63,727 nucleotides of DNA, filler included, from Sanchytrium tribonematis (GCA_018985235.1; 6 parts of 6 records of this genome joined end to end with filler, not necessarily neighbours in it), one strand, 5' to 3'; counted from the first letter of the whole stretch, positions 11,699-23,250 are shown. The notes: generated from the sequence alone by a model not told the origin. Made by a program: numbers and translations.

Positions 11699-12901
11699 TT
11701 AACATTTTATTTTTAACTCTAAGCAATCCGTAATGCGGATGAAAGCTTTGGACAATTCGTCTTCTGTCAATGCATATGTCCACCTAAACCAGCCAATGTT
11801 CTGGTCCATGAATGCCTGCCCTCTGGGCATATAAACACCAAACTTAATAAGCTCTTTGAACAGTTCCTCTTCTGTAGAAGTAATGTGGTTTGAAAGATTG
11901 ACGTATACAAAAAATCCTCCATCTGGCTCTAAAAATGGAATATCGTAAGCATTTAAAAACGAGACAACTTTTTTCAGGCATTTTTGGCAGTGGAGTTTGT
12001 TATTTTCTAAAAATCGGTCAACTTTTTCAGTCTGTGACAAAAAATTTGTTAAATGAATATCTGCAAATCTGCTAATTGCAGAAAAATAACAAGCATTGTG
12101 CATCATTTTGACCAATTCGACATTAAGTGATCCAAATACACCAACTCTAATGCCATTCATGCAAAAATCTTTGGAAAAGGACCAAACAAAATGGGTCTTC
12201 TCTTTATCTATTATATTGACATATTTTGGATGGAATAAAGAGTAAAATGGTTTATAAGTGGTCAGCCCATATATTTCGTCACTAATTAGATGTAAATTGT
12301 GCATTTTACAAAATTTGATTACATTTAAAATCTCAATTTCCTCGCGAAATTTCCCAGTCGGATTTTCTGGATGGCAAAGTATTACCGCTTTGATTTTGCT
12401 GTATTTTTCAAAGGCAAGTTCAAATTCTGCCATATCAATTTTATAGTTTTTGGTGTGAATGGGAATCACCTTGCACTGCATTCTATACTGTAAGTCTAAT
12501 AAAAAGCCACCATAAAATGGAGTAAAAATAATTACCTCATCATCTACATCGCATAAGGTGAATATCAATTGTTCAATAGTGCTGCCACAGCCATTATGTA
12601 AACTTAAATTTTCACTTTTCCATGTTGTGCTTAAATGACGATTGAATAAGTCTGCAATCAAACCACGTAATTTCTTGCTACCTTGCAACTCGCCGTATTT
12701 AAAGTCATCTGCCTTCATTTCGATGTCAGTAAAATAAGTGCTTAATTCTTGCAATTGGCTGGTGTTTTCAGCAACCCCACAGTTTATAATTCCATCGCGA
12801 TTAGCAATTGAATATGGATTGCTTTGCTGCAAAAGCAGGCCTTTAAGCATAATTGGTAGGTCAGTACGACTTCTCTCAGACCACATTTCAGTTGGTTTCA
12901 A
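11699..12901 (-). CDS. PLP-dependent class I/II aminotransferase, ACC-synthase-like
   Basis: GVAEN, PFYGGF, HPENPTG, LISDEIY, WSFSKDFCMNGIRVG (PLP lysine), GWFR. Confidence 0.88.
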   Translation of the reverse strand: MKPTEMWSERSRTDLPIMLKGLLLQQSNPYSIANRDGIINCGVAENTSQLQELSTYFTDIEMKADDFKYGELQGSKKLRGLIADLFNRHLSTTWKSENLSLHNGCGSTIEQLIFTLCDVDDEVIIFTPFYGGFLLDLQYRMQCKVIPIHTKNYKIDMAEFELAFEKYSKIKAVILCHPENPTGKFREEIEILNVIKFCKMHNLHLISDEIYGLTTYKPFYSLFHPKYVNIIDKEKTHFVWSFSKDFCMNGIRVGVFGSLNVELVKMMHNACYFSAISRFADIHLTNFLSQTEKVDRFLENNKLHCQKCLKKVVSFLNAYDIPFLEPDGGFFVYVNLSNHITSTEEELFKELIKFGVYMPRGQAFMDQNIGWFRWTYALTEDELSKAFIRITDCLELKIKC

Positions 12902-13047
12902 ATATGGACCAATTTTTTTATAAACTGATCCCTGTTTTTATTTTTACTCTTTTACCATTTGACTACTCGCAAATCGCGCATATTCATATAAACAACGCGT
13001 TCACTTGGTCGCACTACCTAACCAAAAAATACTCTAAGAGCATACAT

Positions 13048-13147
13048 NNNNNNNNNNNNNNNNNNNNNNNNNNNNNNNNNNNNNNNNNNNNTTAATTAAT
13101 TAANNNNNNNNNNNNNNNNNNNNNNNNNNNNNNNNNNNNNNNNNNNN
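13048..13147. other. Artificial contig linker
   Basis: N44-TTAATTAATTAA-N44. Confidence 0.98.
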
Positions 13148-13378
13148 AATGTATTTCTTATATCATCTCAATATCCCAAAATGGTTAAAGTAGACATGAA
13201 ATCAAATGATGATAATAGCGGTGTCAGTGAATGGATAAACAATACATTTATGGACGAATTAGAAAATATAAGCATAAGTAATAGCACGGGAGATAAAAGC
13301 GACCTACCGATAAATGTGCGGATAGTGACTCTGGACGACTTTCGCTCTATTAGGGGCAATTGCCTTGAAGGATTTTGA
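13148..13378 (+). CDS. 3' end of a hypothetical gene (partial)
   Basis: Frame open from contig start to TGA 13378, followed by AATAAA. Confidence 0.35.
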   Translation, partial: NVFLISSQYPKMVKVDMKSNDDNSGVSEWINNTFMDELENISISNSTGDKSDLPINVRIVTLDDFRSIRGNCLEGF

Positions 13379-13406
13379 CAGTAAATAAATGGATATACAT
13401 ATTTTA

Positions 13407-14306
13407 TTACCAAAGACCTTCAAATAACTGTCTTGCTTGTTGAATATTGTATTTAACAATAGCTAATTCAATATCATCCTTGACAGCGACAAGAATATAA
13501 GTATTGCTGGTTAAGCAATCTAATATTAGCTTCACCTCGTCACTTTGAATTTCCATTCCTTGAAATTTCGATTGCATCCTGCTACAGGATAGTTTAAATT
13601 GCTTCACGATATTACTCATTTTTTCAAATCTGTGGTGATTTCTGGCTTTATTTGGGAGATGAGTAATCACTAAAAATGTCGTCTTTTCAAACACTATAAT
13701 TTCATGAGCTTTTAATAAATTGTAAAAAGATTCTAAATGTGTTTCTAGTTGATGTATGTTTGGAATGAGACTGATAACGATATTTGACCATGCATGATAC
13801 AAAGATTCATCCCATATAGAAGTCGCGAATAAATCTACCGTCATGTGGTATTCTGAGCTGACGTGCTTTAGGGTCTGCTCATAATGCTGATATTGTGCTT
13901 CTCTTGTATCTGCAGGTAGTAAATCCATTTTATGAACCAAGCAGACGACTTTGGCATGTTTTGAGTATTCATTTAAAGCTTGGAGACATTTGATGTAAAA
14001 ATCTAAATCTTCTTGAAGTTCACTAGATACATCAAAAACGTAAACAAGTACTTGGACATTTCTAAATATCTGATCTCTTTGCGAGGTTAAAAAGTTCTTT
14101 TGAAAATTAGTCTGACCGGCACAATCGAACAAATTAAGCACTAAATTTCCTAATAATCTGACGTTAGAATGCTCTACATCAATTGTTGCACCTAATCTGC
14201 GGGTGTCTTTTGCTAAATAATTGCTGAAAATAATAGATCTCATGGATGTCTTTCCCGCACCACTTTTCCCTAAAAGCAAAAGCTTCCTTTTGACAGTATT
14301 TGCCAT
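13407..14306 (-). CDS. GTR1: Rag GTPase Gtr1/RagA
   Basis: KLLLLGKSGAGKTSMRSIIFSNY, LGATIDVEHS, HKMDL, ATSIWDESLY, HRFEKMSNIVKQFKLSC. Confidence 0.97.
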   Translation of the reverse strand: MANTVKRKLLLLGKSGAGKTSMRSIIFSNYLAKDTRRLGATIDVEHSNVRLLGNLVLNLFDCAGQTNFQKNFLTSQRDQIFRNVQVLVYVFDVSSELQEDLDFYIKCLQALNEYSKHAKVVCLVHKMDLLPADTREAQYQHYEQTLKHVSSEYHMTVDLFATSIWDESLYHAWSNIVISLIPNIHQLETHLESFYNLLKAHEIIVFEKTTFLVITHLPNKARNHHRFEKMSNIVKQFKLSCSRMQSKFQGMEIQSDEVKLILDCLTSNTYILVAVKDDIELAIVKYNIQQARQLFEGLW

Positions 14307-14609
14307 ATCTCCAAAAGTTTGAAAAATAAATAGCTGAATGAGGTATCATGTTAAATATCATTGATGATTTATCAAATATAAATTCCTTCGCATCAGCAAT
14401 GCCATTTGTACATAAAATATTGACCAAAATTTCCAAAAGGCCATGAAAATTTATCTTCAATTAGCTCAGTTTTAGTCAACTCTTGTAAAAATTCAAGCAA
14501 CAGCATCAGAGTCAAGCCAAGTCAGAACTCACAAAGTGCCATTCCAAGAAAAAGTATTTCACATGGAGGAGAAGCATTTGAATCTTGTGAATTACCTAAA
14601 GTCAAAAAT

Positions 14610-15735
14610 TTGAGTGAAAAAAGACCAAAGAACTTTGAAAAGTCCAATTTTGCACATGAACAAAATGTCACCAACTATTTGAGTAGTGCAGCGACTAGCA
14701 ATTTGTCTAATCCAAATGGATTTCCATATTTTGAAGAGTCTCCATTTTCAGCTTTGCATGCCCAACTGGATGATACTAGAAAGAGGAGAGAGGAAAGAGA
14801 TCGAGATTTATTAAAATATGCTTCACAACGCAAAGTGTCCGAGGAAGAGAGCAAAATACTTCATTCAGTAGACATGGATGCATTTTTGAAAGAATGGGAT
14901 GAAGCTAGTACTTTGTTTTAATTTAGGAAGGCCTCCAACACCAACTAAACTCGGAAAGTTGGTTGGAAAAAACAAGCTGCTTAATGCATTGTTGCCATCA
15001 AAGTTATTGAGAACAGTACATGGAGTTCCAGTAGAAGAGGGAGTATTGAAAGAATATGTAGCATATCAAAAAAGAAAAGAAGCTCTTAAAAACGATACAG
15101 CGGTCCCAGTAGTAGAAACCTATGGAAAAGTTTCATTGCTAAAAAATGGATTGCGAAAATTAATTTTCGGTAGCAACAGCGCCAAGGAAACTTCTAAGGT
15201 AGCCAGTGGTTCAGAAAGTAGTTTTTTGTCCGAACGATTAGACTCAGGTCAAATCAAGTGCTCCGATATAAGCAAAATAGGAACTGGAATGGTTTGTAAA
15301 GAATCTGCAAATTTGGAACCCCAAAACAAAGTTCCTTTCTCATCATCGGCAGTTTCTTGTAGCACAAAAAAGTTAAATATGCTAGAAAAGGATGATTCTG
15401 ATGAATCAAAGCCTCTAAGCTCTTCGCACATTAAAAATGTTCGCGACCTTAAAATCAATATTTTTCCTAGAAAAGCAATGTGGAATGCATACAACGGTTT
15501 TCATGATTTTAAAAAATTTAACCCAACCAGAAAAAAGTCGACTGCCCTCTCAAGAGAGTCAGCTTTGGTACTGCATCGACATGCACGAGTATTAATAGGA
15601 CAAGAAATGAAAATTTTGCTTGCAATTCCCATTAACGAATATGATGAAGATATTATACTTTCAGAGGAAAAGATATCGAAATTGGAGCAACTCACAATTT
15701 CTTTTGCCCGCACAGTGTATACAGGCAGAACGTAG
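14610..15735 (+). CDS. Hypothetical protein, two exons split by intron 14908..14926; true start unresolved (frame open back to 14424)
   Basis: A 19-nt intron joins ORFs 14610 and 14899 (..WDEA-R-RPPTPTK..). Confidence 0.55.
14908..14926 (+). other. 19-nt spliceosomal intron
   Basis: GTACTTTGTTTTAATTTAG; frame-restoring and same consensus as the validated introns. Confidence 0.75.
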
Positions 15736-15903
15736 AAAGAAAAGAATCTACCTTTCGAAAAATTCAGCATGTTAACTTTTATTTCAGTAAACTATCGTTT
15801 AATCAACAACGGTGTCGCTATATCCCATAATTTTTCAAGATTTAAGAGCTTGTCTCTATTAACTAGGGTGAGGTACAAACATATGTTCCCCCTCCTTTAA
15901 ACA

Positions 15904-18187
15904 ATGACACAAAAACAGCAATCTAAACAGCAACAAGAAAAGCTGGCAGAAGCAAATGACGTGGTTTACAACATTATTCCTACCACAGATAACAAACCCT
16001 CTGAAATTAAAACAAGTTTACCTCCCAAGTCATTAGACAGACAGCCATCCACAATCTCTACACAATCGGCCATTAAATCGAATGCTCCTGCTTCTAATAG
16101 CAAGCAGGTTCAATTATTTGAAGTTTCCCACGAAACAGCGAACAAAGTCGGTGGAATTTATACTGTTATTCGTACAAAAGCAGCATCAACGTCTAAATTA
16201 TACCCGAATTATACGATGATAGGTATGTTGAATCAGCAACACGCAAGTATGGAGGTAGAACCCAGCGAACCTTTAAATCCCCATATTGAGGCTGCAGTCT
16301 CTAGTATGAAGCAACAAGGCGTCCATATTTTGACGGGAAAATGGCTGATCGATGGTTCCCCGAATGTGATTTTATTCGATTTAGGATCATCATGGCATCG
16401 ATTAAATCAATGGAAACAAGAATTGTGGGATATCGGAAGTATTCCCAGCTATGATCACGATACTGAGCAGAACAATGCGATTGTTTTTGGATTTTTAACA
16501 GCCTGGTTTTTATCAGAATACACCAAAAATGTTACGAATGCAGAGTCTTTATCTAAATTAAACAACAAAAATGCCAAATTTAATCAATCTACAATTGTGC
16601 ATGCTCATGAATGGCTCAGTGGTGTCTGTTTGTTACTTATTAAATCATGGAATCTTCCAGTGAGTACCATTTTCACTACACACGCTACATTGCTTGGTAG
16701 ATATTTGTGCGCTGGACAAGTTGATTTTTACAATCATTTGCAATATTTTAACTGCGATAAAGAAGCAGGACAGCGTCAAATTTATCACCGTTATTGCATC
16801 GAGAGAGCATCCGCACACAATTGTCATGTATTCACAACTGTATCTCACATCACAGCTTATGAATCTGAACACTTATTAAAGCGTAAACCAGATGGCGTAA
16901 CACCAAATGGTTTAAATATTATTAAATTCGCAGCAGTGCATGAATTTCAGAATTTGCATCAGCAAAGCAAATTAAAAATCAACGAGTTCATCAGAGGACA
17001 TTTTCATGGTCATTTAGATTTCGATTTGAATAATACACTCTATTTCTTTACTGCAGGTCGAATGGAATACAGAAACAAAGGTATTGATTTGTATCTTGAG
17101 AGTTTAAGCAGATTAAATTATAAATTACAGCAAGAACAAAAGGAATGGGAGGCACAAAAGAATAGTCAAGCACCACAATCTCCAACAACCTCGACTGCAA
17201 GTCCAGTTAAAACTGTGATTGCATTTATTGTGACATCTGCTCCACATCATTCTTACACTGTGGATGCCATGAAAGGACAGGCTGTTATTCGACAATTGCA
17301 GCAAAGCATTCATGACATACAGAGCAAGATTGGGGACAAATTGCTAGATTTGTGCTTGACAAACAGATTAAATGAATTATCTAACAAGACTGGAGAAGGT
17401 GCAGCAGCCAGTCTTTTGAGTCCAAATGACATGACTATTTTGAAAAGAAGAATTTTGCAATTACAATCTTCTACGCCTCCTGCAGTTACAACGCACAATA
17501 TTGTCAATTCGCATTCTGATGAAATACTTCAAAATATCAGAAGATTGCAATTATTCAATTTGTCTCATGATCGAGTGAAGATAATTTATCATCCGGAATT
17601 TCTCAATGTAAATAGTCCATTGTTCCCAATTGAATATGAGGAATTTGTAAGAGGATGTCATTTGGGTGTATTCCCATCCTTTTATGAGCCATGGGGCTAT
17701 ACACGTAATTCTTTTTCATTTAGCAGCAGAATGCACTGTATTAGGGGTTCCATCGATTACCACCAATTTAAGTGGATTTGGATGCTATATGGATGAAATG
17801 ATTCATGATTGTCCGGAATATGGCATCTTTGTGATGGACAGAAGATTGAAGAGCGTGGAGGAAACCATTAATCAAATGGTGGACTGCATGGTCAAATATT
17901 GCCATTTTAGTCGAAGAGAACGAATTCAACTTCGAAATAGGTGTGAACGATTATCCGATCTGCTAGATTGGAAAGTAATGGGAAAAGAATATGAACGAGC
18001 AAGACAATTAGCCACCAAAAGATTCAATGCAGAATGTGGTTTGGATGAAAGTGAGGAGGAGAGTGACAATGAAAGTAGCAATAGTCCATTATTGCAGCGA
18101 ATTCAAAGTACCACAGAGCTGGGCCAATTAAGCAGACTAAAATTGGATGAGGAACATGCTGATGATATTGTGGTGGAATACAAATAA
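15904..18187 (+). CDS. GSY1: Glycogen synthase (GT3); join(15904..17704,17724..18187)
   Basis: ANKVGGIYTV, HAHEW, GCHLGVFPSFYEPWGYT; splicing restores the invariant GYTPAECT. Confidence 0.97.
17705..17723 (+). other. 19-nt spliceosomal intron
   Basis: GTAATTCTTTTTCATTTAG; ACA C|CA GCA GAA TGC gives TPAEC exactly. Confidence 0.95.
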
Positions 18188-18193
18188 ATTTAT

Positions 18194-19589
18194 TCACCTG
18201 CTGTATATCTGTCTCAAATGATCAATATTTTCATCTTGAATCGGCAAATGCTGGAGCAAATAACAATCAAGTTTTTCTTGATGGTAATTTGCAATTTTGT
18301 TGTTCATGACCACTAATTCAGATGAGTTTTTAAATTGGCTAGTCAAGAAATCATATTCATCATCTGTTAAATCTTCTTTTGCATACTCGACACTAAGCAT
18401 CTCAACGCCATCTGCAATATATTCCAATAAAATGTCTAATGCAATATCATGACTGATTTTATATTTGATACATACGGTACAACTAAATTAGAAATAATTA
18501 CAAAATATGGCGAAAAGAATAGCTCATAAAATCTTTTAAATTTTTTAAAATTCTATCAAAATTGACTTGTATTTGGGGTATATCTAGAAAGAGCCTCAGC
18601 TGAATCGTAAAATATTCCTCCAATCGGTCGACAGACTCACACTGTTGTATAATAAATTCCAAAATGTTGAAATAATTTGACATTGCTTCAGAAGTGACAA
18701 GATTTAAAAGAGTCATATGTTGCCAAGCGTAGCATATTTCAAGTTGAATTTCTGGAGGATATTCTGATAGATATTCTAACAATTGAGCCAGATAATCAAT
18801 GTTAAAATCATTTGGGCGATCTATCAATTTTTCGAAATAAATTGCAATAAATTCAGACTCATGCCCATACATTGTAGCATATTTGGTGAAATAATGAATG
18901 GCTTGTGAATATTCGATTTGATTCAGCTCATCAAGATTAATTATAGACATTGAGAATACAACGAGCTGCAAATGCGCATCATGAAGAGTGGAAACTCTCA
19001 TTAATTGGAAACAACTTTGAATGAATTCCGTAGAATCCAATAATTGATCGAATATTTTGCAACATACGGGATATAAATTAGGTAAATTGCTCGGCTGGTC
19101 TCGCAGATCATAGTGATCACTTAGACACCTTTGAAATACTGATTCTAACTTTATTTCAAATTCATTTAATCTATAAAAATCAAGTAGTGCTTCCAGTTCC
19201 AAATTCGTATTCAAGAAATCAATCTGCAAATTTATGGGTGTTTTGATTTGAAGTGCAACCAGAACCAATAGAAGTTCAGTAGATGGATCTGAAAGACTTT
19301 CGACAAGAGAATTAGAGTCATATGGAATATGATACTGATTTTTAGTGCAGTAATACACCAAACGCGAATAATTTTTGGGGCTGGTTTGAAAGTGAGATAA
19401 AGTATTCTGAATTTTGTTAAAGTATGATGGAGATAGCTGATGATTATGCTGAATCGTATGCAAAATCATATTAGGCAATAACAAGTTTTCGATTTCTACA
19501 AAATGGTTATCTAAAATAGTCTGAAATAAATATGGACTCATATCCAAACACGAATCATCAACTTGGAACTCGTCTAGCTCATTGATATC
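18194..19589 (-). CDS. Helical-repeat (HEAT/importin-like?) protein, partial; intron 18483..18501
   Basis: Frame open from contig end; Leu-rich and helical-looking; the intron joins ORFs 18498..19547 and 18194..18427. Family call is tentative. Confidence 0.55.
18483..18501 (-). other. 19-nt spliceosomal intron
   Basis: GTAATTATTTCTAATTTAG (minus strand); gives ..RHI-F-CTVCIKY..LLEYIADG. Confidence 0.85.
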
Positions 19590-19689
19590 NNNNNNNNNNN
19601 NNNNNNNNNNNNNNNNNNNNNNNNNNNNNNNNNTTAATTAATTAANNNNNNNNNNNNNNNNNNNNNNNNNNNNNNNNNNNNNNNNNNNN
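19590..19689. other. Artificial contig linker
   Basis: N44-TTAATTAATTAA-N44. Confidence 0.98.
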
Positions 19690-19814
19690 GCACGAGAACA
19701 AGTTGGAGGAGATAGAAATGCATCTGAGCTAGTTATTGAGCTGCCTATCACAGCTGCAGTAGCTAATTTCTTCCATCCAACAGGAGTGGCAAATGCAAGT
19801 GGCAATATAAACAT
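19690..19814 (-). CDS. N-terminus of a third subtilisin-array paralog (truncated at contig end)
   Basis: MFILPLAFATPVGWKKLATAAVIGSSITSSDAFLSPPTCSR aligns with the N-terminus of 20029..21162; upstream flank is homologous too. Confidence 0.7.
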
Positions 19815-19906
19815 ACGACATGATACCATGATGTGTTTTTAAAGTCACAAATGACGACAAATTGAATTCATGTGATTTGCAATTTCAAAGACATTGACAC
19901 CATATT

Positions 19907-19953
19907 GTCATTTGATGGGTCATTTGATGGGTCATTTGATGAGTCATCTGATG
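19907..19953. repeat. 12-nt tandem repeat GTCATTTGATGG, about 4 copies
   Basis: gtcatttgatgg gtcatttgatgg gtcatttgatga gtcatctgatg. Confidence 0.85.
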
Positions 19954-20028
19954 TATCCTCACGTCATTAAATCACGACATATGATGTGATTTTAATGCTC
20001 AAGTGGATCCCCAAGTTACAAAATAGAT

Positions 20029-21162
20029 TTATTCGGGAATCGCATTTAAGAATCGATCTGATGCGCCATTTAATCCAATAGGATTAACAGTATGATGTGC
20101 ATTAGCCAATAATTCATAAAATACATCTAATTTACCTGCTCCTAAATATCCAGCAACTGCTCCTGCCACATATGGTGCTGCAAATGAGGTCCCATGAATA
20201 AATTCACGAGTGGGTTGAAATCCAAATATATTGTGATTGAATTTCTGTATGCTACCAGGCGCAAAGATATTCACAGCATTTCCAAAATTAGAATAAAATG
20301 TGATGGTGTTATCTGGATTTACAGCACCCACGACTAGTATACCCGGTATTCTGTTGATTGGATCCGCCATATAACCATCTTTATGCTCATTTCCAGCTGC
20401 TTTGACAATTACAGCTCCTTTTTGTAATAATATCTCAATGAGTCTTTTGACCAATTGAAATCCTTCTAATTCAATATCTGGGCAATCTGATATGTCAAAT
20501 CCAATAGACATATTAATAACCACTGGTTGGTGATGTCTATCCATATCTTCGAGGACATGTCTCAGTGCTTTAGCCAAAGTAGGCATAAAAAATCCACCTT
20601 GATGCATAATTTTAAGCGGAATGATTTCTGCTTCTGGTGCTACCCCAAATTCTTTACTGCCAATAATAGCAGCACAATAAGTACCATGTAAGTGATAATC
20701 CCATGTATCTGTTCGATGTTCGTCTTGTTTTTGAGTAAAATCAATGGCTTTTCCCAAATGTTTAAATGTCGCTTGATTGATAATTCCATTTGTAAATCCA
20801 GAATCAATGACATATGCTTTCACGCCACTGCCTAAATGGGGCGGGAGTGTATTCGCGTGTTGTTCTTCACTTGTTAAATGAGTGAAAATGGTGGAAGTTG
20901 TGATGGCTTTAATGCCCCACTGCATGATATCCAGAACAGCTCTACGGGTCATTTCATTATCACAGACAGCTGTGACACATGTTCTGTATGCTTTCTGATT
21001 GAATAATGGCAGTGTATTGGCACTTAATGCTTGACGGGAACAGAAACCATTAAAAGGTACAGAAGGTACAAATGCATTTGTGCCAGCAAGTGCACCCAAT
21101 GCTGCAGCTTGGGCTGCTTTTTTGAAGCCAGGAATGGCAAATAACAATGGCAACAATATCAT
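20029..21162 (-). CDS. Subtilisin-like S8 serine protease (proteinase K-like) with unusual presequence
   Basis: Triad VIDSG / HGT / GTSFAAP, oxyanion AAGNE; no I9 propeptide apparent. Confidence 0.93.
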   Translation of the reverse strand: MILLPLLFAIPGFKKAAQAAALGALAGTNAFVPSVPFNGFCSRQALSANTLPLFNQKAYRTCVTAVCDNEMTRRAVLDIMQWGIKAITTSTIFTHLTSEEQHANTLPPHLGSGVKAYVIDSGFTNGIINQATFKHLGKAIDFTQKQDEHRTDTWDYHLHGTYCAAIIGSKEFGVAPEAEIIPLKIMHQGGFFMPTLAKALRHVLEDMDRHHQPVVINMSIGFDISDCPDIELEGFQLVKRLIEILLQKGAVIVKAAGNEHKDGYMADPINRIPGILVVGAVNPDNTITFYSNFGNAVNIFAPGSIQKFNHNIFGFQPTREFIHGTSFAAPYVAGAVAGYLGAGKLDVFYELLANAHHTVNPIGLNGASDRFLNAIPE

Positions 21163-21386
21163 GAATGATAAATGGCATCATGATGGATTTTAAAGTGACA
21201 AAATGACGACATTTCCAATTCATGTGATTTGCAATTCAACAATTATGAGCTCATTTTCCTTATCCAATCTCCAGATATGGATCATTTGACAGGCTCCTTA
21301 CATCATCAATTCATGATTTGATTATCCGATAGGGTTATGACGTCATTTTAATGCTCATGTGAATCTCCAAGTTACAAAATATTTAT

Positions 21387-22526
21387 TCACGGTTCTTCTG
21401 CATTTGCATTGACCATAATGGCAGGCGTACCATGCTGATCTTGCACCACATTATGGGTGGCATATTTTAGTAATGTACCAAGTATATCTTGTTGTTTTAT
21501 CCCATTTGATAATAATAATGCAATTATCGCAGCAACACGCGGTGCTGCAAATGACGTACCTACAAGATATTCATCCGTTGTTTTGTATTTAAATAAGCCA
21601 TGCACTGTTTTTCGAACACTACCAGGTCCATTTATCGTAATGGAGGGTCCATAATTTGCAAAATCTAATATTTTATGATTTTGATCTACAGCTCCAACTA
21701 GAATCACACCGGGTATTCTATTAATAGGATCCACTATATAAGCATCTTTCCCTTCATTCCCAGCTGCTTTCACAATAATAACTTGATTTTTCAATAAATC
21801 TTTAATTTGATGTTGCACGATATTTAATCCCTCCAATGCGATATTCGGACAAAGTGACACATCGACACCCAATGACATATTTACAACAACTTTGGCATCC
21901 GGATGATCTTGAATATATTGCTGTATATGCTCTAATGCTCTTGCGACTGCAATATATCCGCCTCTCTTTTTATGAACGACTTTCAAGACATTTACTTGAG
22001 CATGTGGTGCGATTCCGTATTCTTTACTGCCAATTATAGCAGTGCAATACGTGCCATGTCTCATATAATCCCATGTATCTGATATTTCATGATCATCTAA
22101 TCCTGCTGTAAAATCAATGACACGCACTGGATTTATAAATTCACCTGTTAATGCGTTATCAAATCCAGTATCAATGACGAATAAAATCACATCTTCGCCT
22201 TTATGGTTCAATTGGGAATATCGATTTGGTTCATTTTCAATTGCATGGGAAATGGATGGCACTCTGGTTAATCCTAATATGAATAAAGCAGATGCAGAAA
22301 TGCTTTTTAATACCTCTCTACGATTACATGGTCCTGAATTCATTTGACAATTCATCAATGGATGATTTTCTATATTTATTATTCGTGTGCAAGATTGTGC
22401 TGCAGAGGGTATATTAGAACCCATAAATGCACTACTACTAGCAACGAGAGCACCTACTGCAGCAGATTTGATAAGTGGGATGGAATAACGAGTGGCTATT
22501 GTAAATACAATTGAATATAAAATCAT
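21387..22526 (-). CDS. Subtilisin-like S8 serine protease with unusual presequence
   Basis: VIDTG / HGT / GTSFAAP, AAGNE; start taken as MILYSIVF (22526) by alignment to the paralogs. Confidence 0.92.
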   Translation of the reverse strand: MILYSIVFTIATRYSIPLIKSAAVGALVASSSAFMGSNIPSAAQSCTRIINIENHPLMNCQMNSGPCNRREVLKSISASALFILGLTRVPSISHAIENEPNRYSQLNHKGEDVILFVIDTGFDNALTGEFINPVRVIDFTAGLDDHEISDTWDYMRHGTYCTAIIGSKEYGIAPHAQVNVLKVVHKKRGGYIAVARALEHIQQYIQDHPDAKVVVNMSLGVDVSLCPNIALEGLNIVQHQIKDLLKNQVIIVKAAGNEGKDAYIVDPINRIPGVILVGAVDQNHKILDFANYGPSITINGPGSVRKTVHGLFKYKTTDEYLVGTSFAAPRVAAIIALLLSNGIKQQDILGTLLKYATHNVVQDQHGTPAIMVNANAEEP

Positions 22527-22906
22527 GTGCAATGATGTGATTAGAAATGACGACATTAAAATCAATGCGCATGTCATGTGAAGGGTCATTTGTATTTTAT
22601 CGTGTAATCATTGCAAATTGATTTGTCGAATGCACCATGAAATGACGTGATTTTGTAGCACGTGATGCTCCTTGAAAAAAGATACTATCAGTGAGCTGTT
22701 GATTTCAATTTGACTTTCTCAAACTATTTCAGATACCAAATAACTTTAATTAGTAAATGCTCTTTGTTGTTTCTTTTTCGTGCGACAAAGGGGCTTTAGT
22801 CAATTTGAACTGGGGTTCTCTTGAAACGAGAGAGGAACTGTAATTGGGTGATGTTGAGTACAATATGCTCCGTTTAAAATGTGATCAATTCCCCTTTCCA
22901 AACCAA

Positions 22907-23134
22907 ATGTTGCTCATTTCTCTTCTTGCTGCTGTTCCATTAGTTGGAAAAAATGAACCAAATGGCGTCGCATACAAAGTCCCCATCAGTGCTCAGTCTA
23001 CCGCCACGCCAGAAACAACTAAGAAATCACAATGTGGATTTCTGTGCGTGGCCGCTGCTTCATTAGGGGCAAATATAATTTCTATTGGTGCGTTTTTGGG
23101 TTGGCTTGGTTGGTCAATGCAACAACATCGATAA
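22907..23134 (+). CDS. Small secreted or membrane peptide, 75 aa
   Basis: MLLISLLAAVPL signal-like start, hydrophobic C-terminal segment, stop followed by ATAAATAA. Confidence 0.6.
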   Translation: MLLISLLAAVPLVGKNEPNGVAYKVPISAQSTATPETTKKSQCGFLCVAAASLGANIISIGAFLGWLGWSMQQHR

Positions 23135-23250
23135 ATAAATAATGACTTCACTTCATTCTGTATTTCTGATTAATTTGACTGTCGAGTCATACGCTATAGA
23201 TCCCCACTGCAAGAACTTTCATTGCTCAAATCGATTGTGAAATTCAATAT

